DNA of 64,000 nucleotides from Phoronis australis. Its lineage: Eukaryota > Animalia > Phoronida. The DNA is taken from contig NMRA01000455.1 in NCBI GenBank assembly GCA_002633005.1, forward strand, positions 110,652-174,651, read 5' to 3'. The notes under the pieces were generated by a model that worked only from the letters and a program-made list of their open reading frames with translations, was not told the DNA's origin and made no database searches. This document shows, piece after piece, positions 36,920 to 50,500 of this stretch. The stretch's first letter is position 1. Every line of letters begins with the position of its first letter. Position numbers and translations under genes: made by a program.

Positions 36920-37883
36920 CAGTTGGGGATCTAGGACATCATAAGGGGGCCCAACATTTTGCCTCGTAAACAGTAGCGCAAAGCACGAGTCTAGAGGCGC
37001 ATAACGATGAATGGGGGGGAGGTCGGGAGGGGGTTTTCCCCTCCCGCCCCGGAGAAAATTTTGTTTTTGTCTCTAAAAATAAGCATTTTCCTTGATTTAT
37101 GAAGGAATTAAAAACATGAGAAAGTGTAAAACTGAAAATTCGTAAATTTTACAGACTTCAACTCACGACCTGTCAGCCATAAAGCACGCGTGCTCCACCA
37201 CTGCACCATCACGCTTCCACTTATAATGTTGTACTAAGAGACGTACTTGTCTATGAGCCACAGCTAACCTACTTCTTTCCGTGATGCTTATCATATGCTT
37301 TATATTTGGTGCAACCAGTTCGTAGTAAAACTTGCTGTGTTTGAAATAGTTTTCAGTTGCCCAAACGACCAAATCCGTTTTTCGAGTTGGCATTAAACAC
37401 GCGATTGGTTTGGAAATTGTCTTAAATTCAGTGTTTGGAAATGAGACAATGAGTTTCTGTGTGATTCACTAAGGCTTCAATTAAAATTTATATCTTACCA
37501 GTAGCTTCTGTTTCTTCGTCACTCAGTTTCTGTTTTCTTTGAAAATATGAAGTATTTTTCCTCACTGCACAGTGGTACAGACGACGGACACGGAGTGGTA
37601 GTGCGCAGCGTCACTGTCGGTCGCCTGAGATATCGCGCACATATCGACTGGGGGCGCAATAGACATTACTTAGCAATAGTTCCGTTACGATTGCGTCTGT
37701 GGTTTGAATCGGACACGTGAAANACACACAAACACGAGCTGACAAAAAAACTGCACACGTACATTGTTTCAGTCGTATTACCGGGGTTAATTAACAAACC
37801 CAAGATTTCCTCACGCTCTTGTTTTTTGCAGCAGCCAAGGGAGGTGGGGCTGGGCTCTCTGTGCCCTCCTAAGTCCGCCTATG
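36920..37883. mobile_element. Non-autonomous DNA transposon, copy 2, 5-bp TSD TAATG
   Basis: Termini CAGTTGGGGATCTAG...CTAAGTCCGCCTATG; TAATG at 36915-36919 and 37884-37888. Confidence 0.85.
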
Positions 37884-38506
37884 TAATGACCACACAAAAC
37901 TGATTCAACTTACTATGCAAGAAACGAAATAATAAAACACACTCAGGTCTTTCACACTGGCCGTAACCAGATCAGTCTGAGAAATCCTGCATAGTTCTCA
38001 CTGTGCGATTCTCTGGTAAGACTCGTTAAATGAACTGAGTGAAAGGGGCCCATTCCGCGATGGGATGATTTGAGACACACCACGGTACTTTTTATGCGTG
38101 AGAAATAAGAAATAAAATGCAGTCTAGTCTGAACTTTACATGATATGACCCATCATAGCTGAATGATGGTTTGCGCCACTGGAAGGTGTGGATGATAATT
38201 AAAACATTTACCCTCATCAGAAATGGCCCCTTGGTACCGTCTAAATCCACCCTTGCACCGACGCCTTTCAGACAGGCCTGCTGTATCCCCAACACGATTG
38301 TCGTATAGGATAGTCTTATTTAGTACACAAGGCTATAGACATCTCACTCTTTAGAAAACATACCAAAACTGATCTGATGTGAGTCAGAGTACAATGAGAG
38401 ACTTACGACCTGTTGGAGTTTTGGGGAAAACTTTACATAAAATTAAGGACATAAGGCAGGGCATTCCACATTTTAATTTACAAAAGCATAACGTTTTTGT
38501 CATACT

Positions 38507-38512
38507 TTTATT
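38507..38512 (-). promoter_or_regulatory. Candidate NBAS polyadenylation signal (AATAAA)
   Basis: tttatt on + strand, about 65 nt after the NBAS stop. Confidence 0.5.
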
Positions 38513-38575
38513 AACACCATAAACACCATAGTGCACAGCCACATAATTTTGATAATTTAAATAATAATCAATTGT

Positions 38576-41500
38576 CTATTTGGAAAACCAACTCTTGAAC
38601 ATGCCCACTGCTGCCTTGAGTGTTTTCTGCCCAGGCTGATATCTTTCCAAAAGCTCATTAGCCTCCTTTGACAGTCCTGCATTTTGCAGTTGCTCGGCAA
38701 CTGTCTCAACGTGGAGATAATCCTCTGGTAGCCCTTGTTTTGTTTGCTTAGACAACAGAAGCTCCACGGTGGGGGAATACTGTTGGGTGTTAACAATGTC
38801 TGGCAGGAGTCGCCTCTGTAGCAACATCATGCAGAGCTCCATGTCACCAATAGCCTAGAAATGAAGAAACCAGATACGTAACTTGCACAATTATCAAAAA
38901 TGTGCAATAAACTTTCGTCTTTCGTCAAAAATAAATCTTATTTAAAAATCACTAACAGGTTTTACCTTTTCCATACCTAAATTACAGTGGACTTTTGGGC
39001 TTGGACACAAATGATTGCTATAGCATAGCACCAGGCACAATAAGTTTTCTTGTTGTGGCAGGTCATCCCCATGCATGCTCTACAACAACAGAACTTCCAG
39101 CTCTTTCCAAACCCAGACACAACTTTTCATGTTAAAACCACATTCGGTAAATGATCGAAATGAAACATTGTTTGTTTTACATGCTATGCAGTGTTAAACT
39201 ATGCATTTAAGTGTGAATCAAACATTGTTCTTAAAGCCACATGCAACAAGATCTGGGAAAACCAAATTTAATCCGTAATAAACAAAGTGTGCAGTAGGGA
39301 AACTAAAGACTGACTGAAGCCCTGCAGCTGTTGAGTCGCAACGACAGGTACACTAACAACGTTCTAGTTTCTTAATATTCGAGGGCAACACTTGTGATTT
39401 TTAAAAACAAGTAAGGCTATTTGATCATACAGCAAGCAACACATTCAAATGAAAGTTGTTCCTTGTGTCAAAAATCATAATTGCATCTCTGTCTTCCTAT
39501 TTCACAAGCGTTCTACAACATGGAGATATTTTCCCAATGCACACAAATTATGAGTCTCAAACTTGACAATCTCCTTGATAAACGTACCTCCTCCTGAGAG
39601 GCCAGTTCCATAGTGGCCATTCTGTACAACTGTTTGTGATTTGTTGTCAACACAAACTTAATGGCCTCCACAGGGTGCTGATTGGTCAATAGGGTTCTGA
39701 AGACTGCTTCAGTAGACTGAAGGGGAAAGGAAAACATGTACTTTCAGTGCAAAATTTCCCCCAGGGTCTAAGTAAGGCAAACAAATCCTTGGTCCAGGTG
39801 AATGTCATAAATTCTATGTTGTCCTGAGCTTAAATTATTTTAACTTATAGTTACACAGCAATTGATATCATCACAATGACAAAGTGCTTGTTTGTTTGGT
39901 ACACCAGTCTATGGTAATTACCCTGCCATCTAAATTTTCCATTCACAGGGCAACAGTAATTTAAAAGAGATCACTAATAAATTATAAGTATGGAAATTAT
40001 TTAAAGGGTTTCATCAAAGAAATCACTCTTCTCTAAAGCCATAAGTTAACCATCAACTAAGACCGATAATGGATGGTTTCCAATAATTTAAAAAAGAAAT
40101 AATTTTGTGAACTGCCATCACTTTAACTCTTTCATTGCCAATTTTTAAGTGCCATGCAAATTTTGAGGATACCTTAAACTCACATCCTTTATAAGAATCC
40201 TTCAGAAGTTGTGTGAATGGACAGTTTAGAGGGCGCTGTGCCAGTTGTGCGAATTGACAGTTTAGAGGCCGCTGTGCCACTTGTGTGAATAGACAGTTTA
40301 GAGGCCGCTGTGCCAGTTGTGTGAATGGACAGTTTAGAGGGCACTGTGCCAGTTGTGTGAATGGACAATATAGAGACCGCTGTGCCAAATGTATTTTGAC
40401 AGATAGGTGGTCGACAAATTTTTTTTCAAAAAATGTGTAAGAATCGAAAATTCTGACTATTATTTGGTATGAACTAGTAAAATTGTTTTCCTGTGGACAA
40501 CCTATGTTGTTAATCTGTAGTTATCTCCCATGAAATTGAGGATTGACTGGGTCAAGAATGGGAAAGTAACAAACTCTGCAATTGGCACATTTGGCAGTGC
40601 CTACTTGGTTACTCGTTGAATAGCGCATGTGGCAGTGAAAAAGTTGCATAACTACTGTCTAATGATCTCTACTCTTGGGTCAAACAAATTCATAAACAAT
40701 GCTGAAGGTACAAAACCATTGATGAAGCATGCAAATTATGATCCTACATTTCTTGGACCCACCTGTTTTGATAACGGAGACATTTGTTGGAGACGGCCAT
40801 TCAAAGCTAACACGTTAGTGACGCAATCTGCACTTTCACTAGTCGCCATGGCAACCATAATCTGCATCATCTCCTTGTCAACGAATTCACCAGAACTGAA
40901 GGAAAATACATTGTAAGGAACCGTTCACGAATATCGCCATTTTCACGAGAGTACAAAAGTACGATTTTCCCAAACCTACCCCCCTCCCTAAAGCATACAC
41001 AAAATGCTATAAGAGTTTTACAGGAGCTACCGGTGCCGGTATGTAAATCATGGTGCACATAAAACAAAAAGATCTGGTGAAAAGTTATACTAAAACCTAA
41101 AAGCTGTGTGGCTCAAAGGTAAATGGTGGTCTTCGCTTGTACAGTTACGTGGCAAAACAAGTTTCTAAAAATTCTGTATGTATCTTGTTTCCTCTTAAGC
41201 AACATTACCTGAATTACTTGCAATATTGTTTCAGTAGTGCAAAAAACAAAATATTTTTGCAACAAATAAAACCCTGCCCCAAAAAAAGTAGGAAACATTA
41301 AATTCCTAACTGTAATTACCTACTAATCTCAAATGATTTTAGCCACACCGGTGTTTGCAAACGACACGAGAATTTGTTACGTTTTAAAAATTAGAATTTT
41401 CGCTAGAATGCAAATTAATGTCAGGAATTCAAGTTCATTGTCACAGTCAAAAATCGAACAGCATGCTCTGACTAAAAACGAACAAAACCAGAACAGTCGA

Positions 41501-44500
41501 AATTTGGAGGACAGAAATCTGATATTTATGACATTGTCCGAAGTTTGGGGACCATTAAAAACTGTTTTGGACCTTTCACACATTTCGAGGACCATGGAAA
41601 ACTTATTTAGGAAAATATTTATTCTTGTCCCAAAATGGAGGGTTGTCCGAAAATGACGCGAATTTACCATACTCGTCGGTTGCGTTTTGGATTACGGCTC
41701 TTTGGACAAAAATAAGTCAAGTGGAGGTCACAACAGCCAGAACCAGATGTTGGCACTGTTTTTGTACGAGAAGGGCAGTAAAAAAAACTGATCCACATTC
41801 TTCGAATATGTTGTACTTATATTTCAGTTAAAGTTCATCTATGTCTTTTGCATCATGCTTTCACATAAAAACACAATTAAAACATGGGATTTGGCTTTTT
41901 GACCCTGATTGCCATTTTCGTGACATAAAACATATTTTTACCCACTAGTAGCAAGTCCTGATCCCCCCATAAACTGTTTTGTCTTGTGAAATACAATAAT
42001 TGTGAATGGTCTATTAAACTACTTAGTACCGAAAGTCATTATTACCATATTCAGCAACAGAAAATTGCTAAAACCAAAATGTAAAGTAACCCCTAATACA
42101 TAATTATTCAGATAATTTTGTTTAAAAAATTTTAAAAAATAAATTTTTCCACTGCCATATTTTATCTGAATATATTTCACGGGATGTTGGGATTAACCCC
42201 AATATCATTGTGTATTAACCATAAAACACATACACAGATCCACGTTTGAGCCACTGAAAGACCACACTAGACACGGTTTCGTATTGCACAAGGCTGGACG
42301 ACATCTCCAATAGCCGGAAGACAAGAAGTTGCTTAGACTGTGCGTCCCTCAAGTCAGCTGGATCCACCTAGAACAATAAGATATTAAGGACTAGTGATGT
42401 TGCAGCCTCTCTTACTGTCATTAATTATACCAAAAATACATGTGTGGTTACCTGTCGCGTGTATCATCACTGACTCAATATATCGGGATTGAACAACCTG
42501 GATCAGTCCAGACTTGATCCACTGTATGTCAAGGTTCATCTGTGTTGACTTCACTAACCTGTTGCTCCGGCCACACAGCACTAACTGAAGCTTGAGTCTC
42601 TAACAGTACCACAAGTGCCTTGTCTTCGGTTGACAAATCCACATACTGAAACATATGGAGTGCGGCATGAACAGCCAGGTAAACAGTGGAATTCTTGCCA
42701 GGTATTGAAGTTGTACTGATCGCCATTTAGGTAATTTGACTATTACCTTCAGCTAGGACATACACCATTACTAATAAAAATGCTTCAAGAACACACACCG
42801 TTCCGCTAAAGTTCTGCTCTCACCTTTTCTAGCACGTGCAATACCTCCAGTCTACGAGAAACTGCAACACTTAAATCGGCGCAAAAGTCTTTTGTTTCAC
42901 AAAGAATGTCGTCCATCTGGATTAGATCTCCTCTGAAAATGGGAGAAACATGAGAAATACAATAACCCCCACCAGATACCGTAGAATAAAGTGGATTTTC
43001 AATACGAAGTCTCTGCGCTCACTGCTGACTTGTAGTACTCCACAGTCATCTCCAGTTCCAACTCGCACAAACACGGATCATTGATGATCTGGACAGACAG
43101 TGCTCACCAAAAAGACCATCCCAACGGAAGTATACATTTCACATTCTGGGCTCAGCTTTTCAGAATCCATAAGCGGTAATAAAACTTCTCAGCAAAGACC
43201 TTTTAAGCTGTGTTTAGTCACACAGTCCAACTGGGACAGTTGTATGACTAAAAGCAGGGTTCACTGACCTTGTTGACAAACAAGTGGAACTTTAAAAGCC
43301 TATTGCGTGTGAACGACACCCATGATTAACAAACGTCTGCAAAATTCTAAGCCACAACGCAGAGAAGTTACCCCTCCAAGCCCAAAATGTCAGATTGCGT
43401 GTTCATAACGCTTTTTTGAATGTGAAGCAAATTTAGGAGCTTAAAGGAGTGTACGCTGGACACACTTTTGTCACTGGCTCTGTTTCCGTCCACAAAAAGG
43501 GCAGATTTTGAAATCAAACATCTAAATTCTTCAGACAACTGTTATCCTAATGCTTTCAGATTAAAGTACAATAAAGAGTAATTGAGCAGGACTTATGTTT
43601 TTCTGACCGTCCAGAGTTGCATGCCGGCCAACTCTGGACAGGCCATCACGACAATATAATGTGATGTTGGAATGGAAGAGACTATTGAGATTGGAGGCCC
43701 GTTTTATCCCACGTTGTACGCCTGATAATAGTAAAGATGTCGTTGAAGACGAATGCAACAGCGAGTTTTTCATGAATACTATTAAGCTCAACAAAAAATA
43801 TAGCCAACATTACTTTTTTTACAAACACCATAATCACACTCGATGACCATATAAATCTGGTCTCAGCTGTCCCTGGGTGCATGGCTTTTGATAAAAAGCG
43901 GGAACCATGGATGAGACTTACTCTGCATCCTGGTGGTTGTGGATTTCTCGCAAGATGTTCTCCAACTTTTCCACGTCGTCACAGTCAGCGCCTGGTTCTT
44001 GTTTGGCTTCGGGAATTCTAAAACATTAAACGAACATAAGATTGCATGTACAAAAACCTGGCTGCTTCATTAACATGACTACTACATTTGAGACATATGC
44101 GATTCGATGGTTAGAAATTGTTTCGACATTTATTAGTATTCGTCAGAAGAAATAGACAAGTTAGCACTTTCAGCTTCCAACAACAGTATTGTGTCCATGG
44201 TGGAATTGGTGAGGGGAGTTTTCCGTGTCAGATTAACTGTTGTGTCTCTGTGACTTAATTTAAATTTAGTGCTCAAACACAAAATCAAGAACTTCGCTAA
44301 TGAATCCTATCAAAGTTGACGGGATTATGCTGGCATCGGGCGACAAGTTGTGGTTGAACTGAAGACATCAAATTTTGAAATAGCTAGCCAGGCTCCAGAC
44401 TTTTTAGACTCATTAACTATCCAAAGTGCATTTTGCCGCAACGGAAATGTTTTATTATTATGGTGCCAATGATGATTTTGAGTTTACCAAGATGTTTTCT

Positions 44501-47500
44501 TTTCGGAAAGCAATAAACGAGTGGAAAATGCAATTAATAGATGGAAAAGAAGCAAAATTGGTTCTGGTCAGCATCAGACTCGTTTTAGAACCACGCATCA
44601 AAAGATTGGTTCAGGTGAAGCTGGGTAAAAATACAAGGACTCCCAACTGACTTCAGCTGGCAGTAAAAAAGTGACCCATTCAGTTGGTATCATGTGATGC
44701 TGGTGAAATAGACCCGTGACTCATTTCAGATGACACCAAGTGATTATTTCTTTTTGAAAATATGTGCAACTAAGAAATAACCCATCACCGCATCACTTTC
44801 AACAACAACACAGACCATAATCAATTATAGCAATTTATATTTGGCCACATATTTAACACACCGGTTTCCACTGACATCGCCAGTTAAGAGCAGTTAGAGT
44901 AAAGGCTCTGATACAATATTGACCAGAGGCATATTAGAAACAAACATTAGTGGCCAGGACGCAGTGAATGCTCACATGACCCTCATATCTGTTGGACAGT
45001 GGTCACACAGTCACGTAGAACATCATTCTCTGTGTGATCAGATATTGCTCTACCAAGTATTTCTGTTTCATGTGTACTAATGTGAGGTAAGACACAAGCT
45101 GTGTTCTGTAACATTAGTTTCTTGAGAGATAGGGGAGATCACGTGGAAGAAGAGTGCTTCACCCGTAACACTGAGACATTTAGTGCACACTATTGTAAAA
45201 ATTCTCCTATTTGGGGCAGTGCAATTATTTTGCTCAAAGTCAGAGCTTGTCTTAAATTCTAGGAATAGACAATATTGGCTGAAAAGATGGCAAAATTATA
45301 CACTCTGTAGGTTGAAAACACATGGTCTGAAATTTGAGCAATATGGTACATGCCAAAATCGCCTTTTGTCCCTAATTCCATTATCAAGAAAATTGAATTT
45401 TTTGCAGAGTTTTGTTGAACCAAATTCTAGAGAAAGTCACAAATTGGATTTTTCCATTAAATTAGCAAATGGATAAATGTGATTTGCCAGAGGGGTTGGA
45501 ACATTTAATTATTGTAGCAACATTAACACAAGAGTTCCATACAAGAACACTCACAAGTAACTTGTGAGTGACTGGAAGTATGTAATGCACCACCCTTGAT
45601 ATCCCCTATGAGGACTGGAACATAGTGCCAGCCAATCAAATGGTTATCTGTGACTAGGCAGCCATAGATTCATCACTACCCAACTCGAGGGGCAGTGCAC
45701 TTAAGTGTGACGGCAATACTGGTGGTTTAGTATAAATTAAATCTCCACACTTAGTGTAAAGCACTCACCGCATGTTATTCAAGACACAATTAACAGTGTG
45801 CTGTATCAGGGACTTGCACGTGAACTCATTCAACGGAAATACATCCAGCAAGTCGTTGATCATATCCGGTCCCTGGCCAGCCAAGATCATCTTCATGTAC
45901 AGGCTCTCCAACTGGAAGTCAGGCATTAACAATCATCTCATTCGAGTTCATAGTACAGTACAAGACATAAGTAATCAAGTATTGTACAGTGCAAGACAAA
46001 AGTAATCAAAAAGTACAAGACAAAATTACTCAGACATAATACAGTTTCACCCCTCATGATCTCTTATTTATATTCTCTTAACACCAAATATGAGTCACTG
46101 CTAACAGCTAACAGGGAGGCAAATTCTAATTACAGAATGGCTCAGCCAACTCAACTGTACTCTTTAATTCCCCTTCATTCTCAGTAACAAGGGCAGACTA
46201 CTCTGATGAGGAATCCGGCTTCTACTCAGCCGCCGTGACGGGGAATTTCGGGCCATTTTGTCTGTCTGAATACTATTGATTTGCACTGTAAGTACTAGAT
46301 ACCTGAACCAATGTCCTACTCTGTCACTTTGTCACCAGAACAGTTCAAGTAGCCACAAGCAGCAATACCTCGATCCATTAACAACAAAAACAACCCAAAA
46401 ATCTATTCAATTAGCTTGACTTGTCATCAGAAAAGTAAAGATATTTAATATTCAACTGCAACAAATCTTTAAAGTTGAGCAAAATACACCAACAGTCAAT
46501 CTTCATTATTCATTATTCTATCTGTTTTTGCCAAGAGCGACCAAAAACCAGTATCGAGTTTAATACTTAAGGCTACGGAGAACAAGTCTGTCTATTGAAC
46601 CAAATGTCTGCGACTATTTTCTGAAACTAGAAATTCAGCAGAATTTGACTATTCGCTTTATACCAAACCTGCCACTAATTATTCAGTTAACAAAAAGGAA
46701 GGTACATCCATACAAAAGCAACAACAACATCAATTGCATGACCGAAATTCATTTGATACACATGTTCATCTCAGAAACAATGTAACAGTTTTCTAAATGT
46801 TTTCATTTTATGCAACTTGAGTTTTTCATAAAAATCTCAAAAGTCCTATTTTGAGAGACCCTAATGCAAAAGTGGAAGATTTCAAAAATGATCGCTATTA
46901 AAAAGCATTTCGCAGAACAGTGTATAATGTGTGAATCTGGTCACCCATTACTGAGATACAATGTTCAGAAGTTGGCTAAAATTGGAATTTTTCTAGGGTC
47001 GTACAAAGCCGTAATAGGGTAATTAGGGACGAAAGGTAAAACAGATGCAACAGCACACCTATATCAATCTTATAAATCTGACCCAAGAACTGAAAGCACC
47101 ATATAGCTGATCATTCAAATTTAACCTCGATAAGATCTTGAAAACTGCATGTATGTCAATCACATGACTGTCGAATACTTGTTGCTTGTTACCTTGTCCT
47201 GCTGTGACCTTGATAGGTCAAACTGGTAAGAATACTTGACTATGTCCGTAGAGTCCGACTCTCTCATGGCTATGAAGATCTCCTGCGTCATTTTAGCCAG
47301 ATGGTCCAACATGCCCTGTAGTGATTCAGCCACAATGTCCCAGGTGATTTCCTCACTGGAATTTTAAGTTTGTTTCAGTCAACTACCACTTAATGCTTAC
47401 AGCAGTGAAATGTAAATCAATAGACATTACTAACAGAGTGCTCTCATCCACATTAATTTCGTTTTTTCATTTTGAGGCAGACGGACGTTGGATGACTCAC

Positions 47501-50500
47501 ACACGGAACATCTTTGTGTCTATAGTATTATGTACTGGTTTGGGACAGAGAACATATCATTTTATAAAACGAACCCATGAAAATTGAAAATAAGTAATCG
47601 TCATAAACAAAAAGAATCCAGCAAGAAAATTGAGTCTTAACAAGAGTTGATATGTACCACTGTGCACATCACATACAGTGTCGATACAAGGGATGATCAT
47701 AATATTTTAAAGACTCTCACTAAAGGGAACAATGCTAGTAATCTTAAAATAGCATCTAGAGGTAGAACAGCAATTTAGCAATGCCGCCCTCAATAGGAAC
47801 TTTCATCATGATTTTTCATGCAGTCTGGAGGATAGGGTGGCGGGCAACAAAGAATAGGCACAAAAAAGTCATTATGGGGCGCAACATAGGTCAAATCCAT
47901 CTGAAAAAGGGCTTAAATAGTATACAGTAAATAACTTTTTTGTCAAATTTCAAGAACATCAATCACGGAGCTTGCAAGAAAAATGCAAATTAACAAAATT
48001 GCCACTAGGGGGACCCTACAGTAGTCGGATTTGACCCAAAATCCATCAAGGAACTTAATTATTGAGTCACAGGTAACAAAATTGCCACAAAGTAGAAGAC
48101 ACCTAGGCAGTCGGACCTGTCCGAAAATCACCATTACCCATAAATTAAAGTACCAGAAAAAATTACGCCTATTTTCATAATGACCTTTAGAGTGGTTTGG
48201 CCAATAGAAAGGCGGATGCCAAAAACCAGACTCAAAGTAAATGAAGGAAAGTAGGAGGCGCAAAATAGGGTCAACTCCATCCAAACATGGGAAAGTGTCA
48301 TCACTTCTTTAACAGAAGGAATATTTTCCAGAATTTCATAAACAATCGTCAAGAGACACAGAGGAAAACGAAAAAAATGAAATTGCCACTAGGGGGCACA
48401 ATGGCAGACGGATATACCAGAAAGTCGTTGTCATCCATTGCCACATTCACAGAAATACACATACAGCACAAAAACTCTGCAAGGGTCTTAGAATAAACAG
48501 CAGTGGACACAAATGAATAAACCACTAGGAGGTGCCACAGTAGTCAAAGCCGTAACAAATCATTGTCAGCCATGCTGTTCCCAGTAAGAACCCAATGTGA
48601 ACAAATTTTTATAACAATCCCTAGAGTGGCTTGGACGATAGACATACATTATGTCAAATTTACCTGATATCGGAAGGTGTTATTGCCTCCTCAATAAAAA
48701 CCAATTTGCCACATTCCATTGAATATCTATCAAGAAACCGCAAAGATCCAGAGGAAAGGAGAAAAAAAAATTGCCATTAGGGGTATAAGTAGTAGTAGGA
48801 TGCCTCTGAACGTTGTCACATTTATAGAAAAACTTTTTTCAACATTCCAGTTTCAACAAAGATTCTGCAGACGATTTAGCAGATATAGCTGTGGAATCGA
48901 TGCAAAAACACATTATTTTCTAAATAATATCACTAATGTCTTCCCTGAAAAAACACGTAGGCAGATTTTTAAACTGTTCTTCGCAGTTGTTTGGACATTG
49001 GAGAAGCAGCAGCCAAAACAAAAACAGCAAAAATGGCCACTAGGTGGAGCAGAATATGTTGAATACACCTAAAAATGGGAAGGTGGTATCATCTTAATAC
49101 ATTACTCAAACCGGTAAATGGATCAGTTCGCTTACATAGTCCCTTCCATGAAAGAAATGCGCTTTTCTAGCAAAATTTCATTAAGATCATTCTATTTTGA
49201 GGGTTTGGAGATGCAGACACCAGATGCTAGACAGAAGGATGGTGTTGACATCATAATACAACCACATAATATATGCATGTGGGCGCATAAAAAAATCATT
49301 TTGAATTCTTTACAAAACCAAATCATGACTGGAATCACCTCCAGAACACCTGCATGCACTCTAACACAGAGCGAAGTCATCAAGAGAAAAAATGAGTTAC
49401 TACATAATTAGGTTCTATTGAGTGTTTAAATAATTCATTACCTTTTGAAGCTAGATAGCCCATTACAAAATCAGACTAGAATATTCCTGTCAACATGCAG
49501 GCACATGTCCATATCATTAGGCTAATTATTTCTAACCTCCCTACCTAGTGAAAATTTTTTTAGCTGAGAGACATACTTAGATTTTTTTTTCAGTTACAGC
49601 ACGTGACTCAGAAGCAGTTATTTTTTAAATAAATTCCAGCAAAATTACGCTGTTCGATGACATACCCAGAATCCTCCAGCTTCTTCCTCTTGCCCACCTG
49701 CTGGCGACAGAACTTGAGCGCTCGCCTTACAAATTCACACCTGCTGTCAAGGGCGAGCTCACGGACAGCCACGTCAGTGAAAGTGATACCCTCTAAGAAC
49801 TGCAGCAAGTGGACGGGGAGTAACTTAGCCAAGAACTCTCCACAGCTCTCGTAGCGGTGGATCCAGCCTGACTGGAAAACAATGAGAAATCCTGAATGTC
49901 TTACAATTCGTGCTTGGGAAGTCAAGGCACACAAAACACTTGCGTGCACAGTTAGGCGAGTGCAGGTTAGTGTACTCGCCTAACTGATTGTGCATGCAAA
50001 TGTTTGCGCACCTTGCAAGTAAGTCATATACAGAGGAGCCCACTTAATGTCATACCCGATTACAAAATATCCTGGTTGTTATGAATGTCAAGTGCAGACT
50101 GAATCATTTCCCATTAAATCCATATGAAAGAGCCAACATACGATCATAATAGTTATTCCCCAATATTGTGTCCTTCAAAAATCAGCAAACTCTATTCTCA
50201 CCAGGTTATCAGCATGAGTGTGTACCTTTGATTTTCTAAAACAACTAACCTTATCCATTTTATATTCATCAGTCTTTCCCCGTTTATCTTACAACTAATA
50301 CCGCAACCTATTGTCTACTGTTACTAACTGTACAATACAAAACAAACTAGACAGACTTCAAAAAAAAAAATTGCCAGTCTCTGAAAACTTGGACGAATAC
50401 CTTCCAAAAATCCTCTGACAGTTTGATCTAATCTTAAATGCAGTAAAACAGCACTGTTGTCAGTCACAATTTAACATTATTGCACCCAGCTGCCAATAGT

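Noticed and set aside
40053-40388. ORF with CPFTQLAQRPLN repeats
   Set aside because: This is a translation of the 36-bp minisatellite inside an NBAS intron.
46200-46260. CTGATGA hammerhead candidate
   Set aside because: There is no downstream GAAA-N-UH core.
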